Shown here piece by piece: positions 54,130 through 64,000 of a stretch of 64,000 bases of DNA. The translations under genes and the position numbers were made by a program. Below the pieces are notes generated by a model. It made no database searches, was not told the origin of the DNA, and saw only the letters and a list, made by a program, of their open reading frames with translations. The DNA is from Glaucostegus cemiculus (lineage: Eukaryota), in the NCBI GenBank assembly GCA_976551045.1, contig CDPCPM010000011.1, positions 12,338,001 to 12,402,000 of the forward strand, given 5' to 3'. Every line of letters begins with the position of its first letter. Within the stretch, counting starts at the first letter, position 1.

Positions 54130-54240
54130 AAATTATAAAATTTTATTTACAGCGCGGTAACAGGCCCTTTTGGCCCAACAAGTCCGTACTGCCCATTTTC
54201 AACCCCCAAATTAACCTACCTGTACATCTTTACGTCTTTT
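54130..54240 (-). mobile_element. 5'-truncated young V-SINE, tail type B
   Basis: aaattttatttacagcgcggtaacaggccc...ccccaaattaacctacc is nearly identical to 56641-56735. Confidence 0.85.
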
Positions 54241-54814
54241 CTTGCAGGAAAACATTGGAAATTGTGATCTCCAAGTAGTGCTGTTGTTTGGAACTGACTT
54301 CGTGAAACATCAGAATCTCAATGCTTCTCTCTGCAATCCATACATAAAAGTAACTTCATTTTCAGCTCCCTAATGAGTCTTCAGTTTACACTTACTAAAC
54401 TTCCTCATGCTCCCAGATTAGTGGGATATTTTAAACTGCACATTTAAAATGGTATAATCATCTCTCAAGTGAGATGTACAGATATGTAATAACTACACTG
54501 GACTAATTGGTAATCCCTGGAGCAATGGGAAAATGTATTGTCAATCCACAAAGGAATCTGAATGTCTCTAATAGACCATTCTTTTTTACATTGTGTATTT
54601 AAGAACGATAAATTTACTTTCTTCAAGTAAAACTCACCTGACAGGGGAAAAAAATCAGTGGCTTATATTCTGTGGGATAGTTTTTATATTTAGTATCAGA
54701 ATGATTTGTCAGACAATGTTTTAGTTAAAGCTGCTAAAAATGCTCAAGAAAACTCTTTCAAATAAGCACAGTGGTACTTTAATAAGTAGGAAGCCAATTA
54801 GATTTCTACTATGA

Positions 54815-55150
54815 AAATTAGGGTCATGGAGAGAGAGACCATTGAAACAGGCCCTTTGGCCCACCTAATCTGCACAACAATCAACCACCCATTTACACTA
54901 ATCATACATTTATCCCACTTTTTATTCTTCCCACATTCTCATCAACTCCCTCCAGATTCCACCTACACACCAGGGGCAATTTACGGTGCCCAGTTAATCT
55001 ACCAATCTATGTGTCTTTGGGATGTGGGAGGAAGCTGGAGCACCCAGAAGAATCACAGGCAAACTCCACACATACAGCATCTGAGGTCAGGATTGAACCT
55101 GGGTGTCTGCTGCTGTGAGGCAGTGGCTCTAGTAGCTGTGTCTCTGTGTC
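54815..55150 (-). mobile_element. Older V-SINE
   Basis: Tail gaaacaggccctttggccc and core gtctttgggatgtgggaggaagctggagcaccc. Confidence 0.8.
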
Positions 55151-55249
55151 ACCTTGAACAGAATAATGTTTAATTCTGGAAAGATCATATGTTTGGCAAT
55201 TATTAATTTATCAGCAATTATGCAATGCATCTATACCGCTCAGTCTGCT

Positions 55250-55450
55250 TGTTCATCCTCTTCCGAGTCAGTCGCTTGGGATCGAGGATGACTTCTTCCA
55301 CTCCAGTTCTAAGGACTGGAAGATGCCGGTATGTGAATTATTTAATTCTGAGGTGGCTGTTGCATATGAGTTACCAAACTAATGTGCTGCAGCAAGGTCC
55401 TGGCTCAATGTCAAGGAGATCCAATGCAACAGGAGAACAAGCCTAGCTCC
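55250..55450 (-). mobile_element. RTE-type 3' end fragment
   Basis: gggatcgaggatgacttcttccactc is the reverse complement of a variant of the 40455-40480 motif. Confidence 0.55.
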
Positions 55451-55473
55451 ATAGACTTTGCATGCAAGTGAAA

Positions 55474-55501
55474 ACACATGCACGCGTGCGTGTGTGCGTG
55501 T

Positions 55502-55577
<76 letters not shown>
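55474..55577. repeat. Compound (TG/CG)n-(CA)n microsatellite
   Basis: Direct reading; the CA run spans 55503-55577 with one interruption. Confidence 0.96.
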
Positions 55578-56611
55578 GAAGTCTTGCCTACAGCCTTTTC
55601 CTCAGCCTCCCACCCTGTTTCCTCCCTCCTTCAGTTGGTACTCTCTCAGGCTTCCTATCTTTCTGCCCTTCCCCTAATTGCTTCACTCAGTCTACCTCCC
55701 TTCATCCCATTCCCTCTCAACCCTTTGCCCTTTCACAGTTCCTTTCCTTCTTGATACCTGCATACCTTCAGTCCCCCACGACTGCCCATCCCTATCTCCC
55801 CCCACTCTCTAACTGTCAGCGCCCATCACAACAGTGAAGCTGCCCACCTGTTGCTGCTTCCTACCCTCTTCATGGCTGTTAGTCTATTGACTGTCACCCC
55901 CTCCTCTACATTCCCAGTATATATACTGCCCTAACCCTGCAGCTGGCTCAGGACCTCCAGACCTCTTCCAGAAAACCTTAGGAGAACCTTCTGCCCGATG
56001 TAGGCAAATCACATCTCCTGTTGTTTGGCTGGCAGGTTGATAGGTTTCAATGAGCAACTTGGAGGCACATGGACCCACTGTCTGCTGTGCTCTTATGTCT
56101 TGACAATCAGGCTGAATGTAGCCTTCAAAATGACTTATTTGATGTATGTTGAGTTCCCATCTAAAGCTATTTAGTTTGTGTCATAGTAAAGTTTTGCATT
56201 ACTGCTTAGGTCCTTTTGGAGAGGATATTTAGATGCTGTGAAGAACTGCCTAATTCTTACATGCTAAATAGACCTTTCATGTTGTTTTCTGTGGCTAAAT
56301 TCCAACAGGTTAAAACCACATCACAGCAGATGGTATTATCTTCCCATTACGTAGAAATGACAAAGTAAAGCATGTTCTTCAGGATTGGTGGAGTAATATT
56401 ATGATAAGGTGAATAGTAATTAAGGGTGCAAAGAGGCAAGCCTCAATATACAATGTGTAAATGGTTACCTGTGCATAGTAATTATTAGAAGGAACCATGA
56501 TATTTGTTTGCTTGATGCTTTTTAACAAGGCTGATAGACACATGGCCCCATGACACACATTGGCAGATGAAGGTGGAGGGTATTTTTGTTGGTTATTTTC
56601 TCACATTATTT

Positions 56612-56880
56612 TTCTTAAATTAAATTTTTTAAATTAAATTAAATTTTATTTACAGCGTGGTAACAGGCCCTTTCGGCCCAATGAGTCCGCGCCACCCCTT
56701 TTAAACCCCCAAATTAACCTACCCGTACATCTTTTAGAATGTGGGAGGAAACCGGAGCACCCGGAGGAAACCCACGCAGACACGGGAGAATGTACAAACT
56801 CCTTACAGTCAGCGTTGGGAATTGAACCCCAATCGCTGGCGCTGTAACGGCGTCGCGCTAACCGCTATGCTATCGTGCCG
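56612..56880 (-). mobile_element. Young full-length V-SINE, tail type B (CR1-like) with (AATTT)n terminus
   Basis: CpG-retaining core tgtgggaggaaaccggagcacccggaggaaacccacgcagacacggg, B box gggaattgaaccc, and tail gggccgaaagggcctgtt on the minus strand. Confidence 0.93.
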
Positions 56881-58251
56881 TATCGTATCGTATTGCTATG
56901 GGCTCATTTTCCTTTTGAATGAACATTCCTGAGATCACTGGCAATAATACAGAAATAATGAATGTTCTTCCAGGCATTGTTAATTCCCAATTAGATGGAC
57001 AATTAGATGACATTAGCTCATGTTTCTCATCAGTTTCCCGTGACCAGAGCAATATAATTGATGGCTCAACAACATTTGAATTTTGCAGTTTAGAGTTTGT
57101 CTCTTATGTCTGGATGAGATTTTTGGGAACATCCCCAATTTATTACTCAGGAAATAGCAAAAAAAAACTGGGGGAAATGCACATATTTTAACCGATACCA
57201 AATGAAATGAGCATTCCCTTTCAAATATTTCACTCCTTAATTACAGCGACGGCTACTCTACTGTTTTATCTTTCATGAATAGCATTTTATTTTCCAAAAA
57301 TTATCAGTTTCTGCTTTCTTTATTCTTAGTGCTTAGTTCATGCAAGAACAGTCCTTTCCTCTCTAAATTCATCCATTTCCATTTGAAACATTGATTTGGC
57401 TCATGTTGACTTCTACCATGCTGATTTAAAAAGAACCATATTAGCAACCTTAGTACCCAACCTTGCACACTTGCTGTCTGCAGTAGTGAAAGGTCTGTGT
57501 GATAAAAGACTAAAACCTGAACCCTATCCCATTCTGCCACAGCAGCACCAAATAACAAAAGGCAGCTTTCTCAGCACATCTTTGTCACCTTGGCAACAGT
57601 GACTGTGTCGTGGAAAAGAAAGAGTTAACTCATTTTGTGAGTAGAATTCCAGTGCCTCGTCAGATCTAATCCTGGAATTGCCTGAGGCTCAAAAACCTTT
57701 TTTTAATTCTATTTACGGCTTTAATATTTTATCAGCTCTGTTAAAAATGGAGGCAGAAGCCTAAGCTCTTGAGCCTCAGCAGGGTAAAGGTCAGCTGCTT
57801 CTTCCTCTTTACTTGATTTCCTTAGAATAGATTCAGGTTAGTCCCAGATTCTCTGATAACTGAAGCAATGATGCTCCATATGAAGGATGATATTACTCAA
57901 GATTAAGTGAGGAATCAAAAGCAGCAGGTGAATAAAATGCAACCCACGATGTCTCGAAGTTGGAGCACTCGAACAGCCTTTATTTGTGTGTAAAGCACAC
58001 ACAACATCCAATTGTGCAAGTTGTAACACAGTATTGCTCAAGTCTGGTGCAGCCACACCCATTGTGAAAATGGACTGGGAACCACCTGTACTGAATCACC
58101 TTTACACAGCTGACGTTTCTCCAACATCATTCACGCATGTAATGATGTCATCAGAGTGCACAATGATCATTTCTGCCTTGTTGATAGAAATGTGCAATCT
58201 ACAATCTTTAATTCACATTAAAGCAAGTCAGCATCAATATATGAACGGCAA

Positions 58252-58443
58252 ACAATCTGTGGGAGGAACTCAATGGGTTGAGCAGCATTTGTGGGAGGAA
58301 AGGAATTATCAACGTTTTGGGTCAAAACCTTGCATTAAAACTCAAATGCGAAACGTTGACAATTCCTTTCCTCCCACAGATGCTGCTTGACCTGCTGAGT
58401 TTCTCCAGCAGATTGTTGTTTGCTCCAGATTGCAGCATCTGCA
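58252..58443. mobile_element. Penelope-type inverted terminal repeat pair (68-bp arms, 29-nt loop)
   Basis: 58252-58319 vs the reverse complement of 58349-58416: 57/68 identical. Confidence 0.85.
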
Positions 58444-61400
58444 TGAACTAAATGGTCCTCATTGAGCCACTGTAGTTTTGACCATAACATCTGCCGCTAT
58501 TATTTTTATGTGCTGTGCTTCAGTAGACAGGCATCGTTGACAAAGATCACAACATCTGTGTATACACCTCAGTGCGAGGTGCTGTAATTCTGGACCCCTG
58601 AAGATTCTGTACCTCGGAATGGCATGGGGCTATTCAAGGCATAGGGCCCATCAGAGCAGATCATCATACATAGTGACGGTGGATTAGTGCCTGTACAGAT
58701 TCCAGAGTACCATGCCGTGCCTCTGCCCCCACCATTATCCTCATCTCCATGGCAGTCTTTCTGCCACTGTACTGTGGCTGCCATAGAGAGTAGAATTCAA
58801 CGACATGACTGTTTTACCAGGACTTAGAGCTCTGTGGGCAACTGCAGGCAGCATTTTACTGATGGAAAAAGATAAAATTACCCAAAGAATTTCTCTGCCG
58901 GGATTTCCACCAGTCTTATGAGTTTTGGGAGTCACCAGATTAAGAGATAGTAATATTTAGCACACCAATGGTGCTATCTAATTTCTAGGCATTATATTTG
59001 AGCCACCATTTAAAGAAAATTTCTAATTCTATTCTGAGTTGTTTTCCTCTCTGTTTTAAAAGTTTCATCTTTTTACTCCATGATTTTATGTCTTTTCCCA
59101 GATCCACAGATAAGCACATTATCCTGCTCCCAGCTCTGTATATGTTTCTTGGAGATAGACTGCCAAATGATGCTGGATGCAGTCTGCCCCTCTCCTTTCC
59201 CCTCTCCATTTCTGTCTCCCCTTCACCCAGTCCTATACTCCCCATCATGTCACCCCCACCCCAGGGAAATTTTTCCTCCTTTTTGCACATCTATGAGTGG
59301 CATATCCCATTGATGGCACAGCTACGATTCTGTGCTCTTTCCGCAGGTTATTTCAGGTGCAGACTTGAACCCGACCAAACCTCATGCAATTATAATGAGA
59401 TCAATTGAAAAGTCAAAATTGATTCAGCTTTTATTCTTCCCATTTCAAGGTATCAGTTTTCAGATCTAATCTACTGGATTAGAATTGATGGCTAATGGAA
59501 ACTGTGTTCTCATGGTGATGGATGAAAACAAACCCATCTCCCAAAATGAATCATTTTTATTATTTGAGCCTCCTGCCCATTTTTGTGCAGCCAATGTAAT
59601 CCACAAATATAGATAATCAACAGAAGTTGAATAGTTTATATTTCTGCAGTAAATCAACGAAAGTGTCTCCTGAACCCATTTAAAAAGATTTGAAGAATCA
59701 GGATTACCTCACTCTTTTTAAGATCGATTTCTCCCCTGCGCTGATATCTTGCTGAAGTACGACTCTATAGACCTCAGCTCTGCCTCCCCAATCCCTCCAA
59801 AACCTCCTCAAAATAGTGATCCTTCATGTGAGCGAACGTAGGCTGTTTGTCTACAGAAGGATTACGACACTTGAACCTAACCCTGATCTCGTCTTCGATC
59901 CACATTTGGAAGAGGAGATGGTACAGGAGTAGAGATGGGCTGTTGGGGCTATATAGTTGTGAGTGATTTCATAATTTGGAATTCCATCAGATCCCTCCTC
60001 CTTAAACCAGAAGCACTGTTGCTAGCCTGCTTCCCTTTGCAACCACGATCAATCCAAAAAAACTTTGGCAATCTGTATTTTTATTTGTTTCCTCTTTTAT
60101 GAGATGTGGCCATTGCTGGCAAGACCAGTATTTTATTGCTGCTCTATTTACCTTTTAGAAGGTGATGGTGAGTTGCCTTCCTAAACTGCTGAGGTCCTAC
60201 CTTCCTCTGAAATAGGGAGCGCCAGCATTTTGGATGAATGAAAATGAAAGAATGCTGATTTTTGCCTAACTTAGGATGGAGTGTGACTGGGAGGGGGTTT
60301 TACAGCAAGTAGATTTTCTCTGCACCTTTTACCCTTTTTTATCTGGACAGTAAATGTGCATATATTTTTAAGTTTAGACGTTCACTGAAAATCCCAACTG
60401 CAACCAATAAAACTCTGTATTTTCTCTGTCCATTATTTCAATTTTAAACATTTTGCATTATCAGTGAATGATAATGTTTGTGATATAATAATAATTATAT
60501 TAATTCTAATATTAATAGGCAGTACTTTTACAAAGTGATTTTTTTGTTGATTGAAAAGCACTATGAAAGAGTGGAGTATACTTGCTTTCACACTGATTGG
60601 TGTGAGGTTATGATAGCAAGGGCATACAGTTCATTGTTGCATATCTCAGTGTTGAGTCAGACTCAGGTGAAAGAGATGGAGAGGCTATGGGCTAAGCACA
60701 GAGCTAAAACAGTCCAAACTTAAGACAAATGAGCCAATTGTATGAAAATAGGAAAAAAGAAAAAAAATGCCAATGTTAGAAATTGGAAAATAAAAATAAA
60801 ATTGAAATCAGCATCTTTGGAAGCAGCAACCCTTCGTCAAGTAAACACGAATTAGGCATGTAACTAGAATCCACACAATAGGAAAGATTGTCAAAATGAG
60901 CAGCCAGTGTTCATGGATTGGGCTACAGTTTGACTGAGGTGATTGTTATATCTGATAACAGAACAACAGAAAGAAGCACCAAAGAGGTTAAAGGCGGGGG
61001 GAGGAAAAGGAAGTGTTGCCTTAACTGAAGCAACAAATGCCACGAGGAAAGAAAAGGATCAGGTCTGAACTTAAAACAGGAGAAGATGGAAAGAACTGGA
61101 CATGGGTGCTGGGATGGAAAGAAGACAGCAGTTACTCTGCTGGTGTCGTGTTCCAATGAAGGGATTTCACTTCAAGCAACTTTTCACCTCCTCTCACCCC
61201 AAAAGCTGCCAACCCATCCCTTGAAGCAGCTGCTAAATGTTGCGAAGCAGATGGCAGTTTACAAATGAAAGGAAGCGCTTTCCTCATTATTAATATTTTT
61301 ACAATACATAACTCAAGAGAGGTGTTGACAAAGGCCTAGGAGAAAAAAAATCACCTCCCCATGCTCCCAGCACAGAATTTAGATTAGCATTACAAGACAG

Positions 61401-62649
61401 AGATACGTTAGCATGTCTGTAGACACTGGAGGGTATAATAACATTGCTTGGTAATATAATATCGTCAATTTACCAATAGTGTTTGATGTAACAAATGACT
61501 TTTTACTGACAAAAATATGAAAATTGCATTGAAAGAGCCTACTTTTCAACATGACCCATCTGCAGCATTGTCAATTTGCAGGGAAATGTGTTAAATGTTG
61601 CTTTCTGAACATATTATCTGAGTTTTCCATTCTCAGACTGACCAAAAGATTCAAGACATTTCAGGCCACAAGTGTTAAGACCTCCAAAGAAAAAAATAAC
61701 AGTTTAAAAATGAGTTATTGTAGGGAGCTTATATTTCCACAAGGAATTAACGATTTCCAGAGTCATGATCAGAAGTCATCAATATACTCTGTATAATCAG
61801 AACAATCACCTTCAAAGGAAACAATTTTTTTCTATTTCTTTTATACATTATATATATAATGTATAGTTCCTGAGACCCAGGGGAATGCTGCTGATCTCAA
61901 ATGATTCTTTTGACAGTGGGACAAAGGGCACTATTTTGATTCTCCCAGTAGTCAGTCTTTACCAGTCAATATAAGATAGGTTCATACTGAAAAGATGGAT
62001 ATTTTTTTCCACAGTCCTTGCTCAGTGTTTTTCCCCTGGATTCTGGGTAGGCCTAACATGGAGCTAGGAAATGGTTAACTACATCACCACTTAATCTTGA
62101 CCCTTAACTCTGACTCAAAGACAGAATTCTCACAACATGCATGATCACATTGCAAAATAAATACTCTGATATTCCCACAAATTCAATTTCTACCTGACAA
62201 TGTCCTCATCCACAAACAAATTCTGGTTAAGGAAGATCCAATAACTCCACAGGCTATTACTTCATCCTCAAACCACAAGTCTATTGTTATTTAATAATTT
62301 GTTTTGAATGACATTGGTGACCGAGGATGAAAGTATCAAAATGAGATTTTGATTAAAATGTACCGAAATCCACTTCTGATTTTATCTTAATTAACCAGCA
62401 GTATTGATTCCCCAATAGTTATTTCTCTTGTATGAATATTGCACTGACATTTCTATTAAAAGACAACTGTTTTGCATGAAAATTCCAGCATTTAGCTCAG
62501 TGATGTGGCAGACTTTGGACTCCCATGCAAACATGTACAAATGTAGATGTTCAAAACTTCTGCATTGGTGATTGCCATTGCAAGCCTTTTGTATTCCGAC
62601 AATGCAGTGGAGTGCACACTAGCATAGTTTCCCAATACTTCCTCAGTCC

Positions 62650-62845
62650 CTCCTAGGGCTGTGGAAGCAGAGTCTTTGAGTACTTTTAAAGCTGAGGCAG
62701 ATAGATACTTACTAAGAAATGGTATTGCGATTAGATAGGAAGCCACATTGGAGTTGAAGTTACAATCAGATCTTATTAAAAGGTGGACCAGACTCAGTGG
62801 GCTGAGTTGTCTACTCCTGCTCCTAATTCTAATGTTCCTATGTAC
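62650..62845 (+). mobile_element. CR1 3' end
   Basis: gctgtggaagcagagtctttgagtacttttaaagctgaggcagatagat...ctactcctgctcctaattctaatgttcctatg. Confidence 0.8.
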
Positions 62846-64000
62846 ATATGCTGAGATTTCTGCCCGTTCATAATTTTGTTTTGAATTAAGATAATTTAAA
62901 AGTGTCTGAATGTTTATAAGTGTCAGAGACACTCACAAATCTTTAAGTTGTTTGGTAGCTTTGACAGCTGGTTAAGCTGAGTATCAAAGCATTTCTGTAG
63001 GATTTACAATGGGAGGGCTGCTTCATTAGGTCAGATCTAACTCCTTAAGGAAACCATCACAGGATTGTCTATAAGTGCAAGTGTAATAAGGAGGTGACCA
63101 GTGAGTGCAAGTGATGACTTGCTCCAAGAAATTCAAGCCAATATTACAGGAAGCATAAAGGGACCAGAATTAAACTTAAACATCATATAGAACAGACTCA
63201 GCTAATTGAGAAGACAGAGGGAATATATGGTATAAATATTTTGGTGAGGTCATGTTCCATTCCAAATAAAATTACCTCTAACCCAACTCCACCCACTTCC
63301 AAATCTTTATCTGTATTTCTGGTATTTTACCAACTAAAGAATGCAGATAATATTGAGCAATTATAAAATTGTTTTTATCGAAGGCTTCAGGTGGTGGTTA
63401 AAGGGCAATCAGTGCTTGCCTTCAATTTTTGATATTGCTCGAATCTCCTTAATTGGTCGATTTTCTTATTATTGCTTATAGATGTACATTTTCCTTTCAT
63501 TGAACCAGCAGATGTTGATTACATTACAAAACAACTAGAAATAGGAAAATGCATGCTGCGCATGATTCATTTGAGAAAACCTTATTTGATCTATTACTTT
63601 AGCTGTACCTTTGATGTTGGCTGTGGGTTCCAGTTTAGCAGCCTGAGGTTGAAATACGTAAATCTTCATACCATGCTTGAGAAACAGATCACATAAAAGT
63701 ACTGGCAGTTTAGCCACAGAAATCCACAGTGTAATGCAGCTTGATAGCTAGGTCACAGAGGGTTAGGAAGAGGGTTGCGGCTGAAAGAGTGTTTGTAACA
63801 GTTAGGTTGATGACTCATAGTATATTCATACTACTTAGGTTTAGTGTTGATATTAAGTGTTGAACTGCAAGAAGAGAAGCTGTCTTCTCCGTATATCATG
63901 TTCCCCAGTCCAATGTTAGGATGAAGGAATTTGAGATATGATACTGCATGATTTTACACTATTGACGCTAAATCAGTCTGCTATTTTCCAACACTGCAAT

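Noticed and set aside
59346-59449. Possible cassette exon (ctctttccgcag|G ... AAG|gtatca)
   Set aside because: In frame with exon 1 it stops after six codons and does not encode the sulfotransferase domain; no evidence of use.

Overview
Vertebrate genomic DNA, almost certainly from a cartilaginous fish. This rests on the repeat set (V-SINEs, Deu-domain SINEs, CR1, Tx1, Rex1/Babar, RTE and Penelope-type elements); a ray or sawfish is a weaker inference from the young SINE subfamilies. The only host gene is the 5' end of a heparan sulfate glucosamine 3-O-sulfotransferase 3A1 orthologue (HS3ST3A1-like, + strand). It has a CpG-island promoter, coding exon 1 at 5243-5772 ending at the family's conserved WYR phase-2 donor, and an intron longer than 58 kb that runs off the window; exon 2 is not present. 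The other listed ORFs are chance ORFs, shadows of the GC-rich exon, or decayed retrotransposon fragments. The most notable observations are: an ~840-bp degenerate palindrome (11090-11923) centred on a Penelope-type terminal motif; several hammerhead-ribozyme-like Penelope remnants and hairpins; a young 235-bp solo LTR carrying a perfect ETS-CRE composite plus an inverted ETS pair; three upstream ATGs in all three frames just before the start codon; and V-SINE subfamilies with swapped LINE-derived tails. I found no convincing new multi-gene system. Repeat boundaries were read by eye and are approximate unless a target-site duplication (TSD) is quoted. Family names come from recalled motifs, not database searches.
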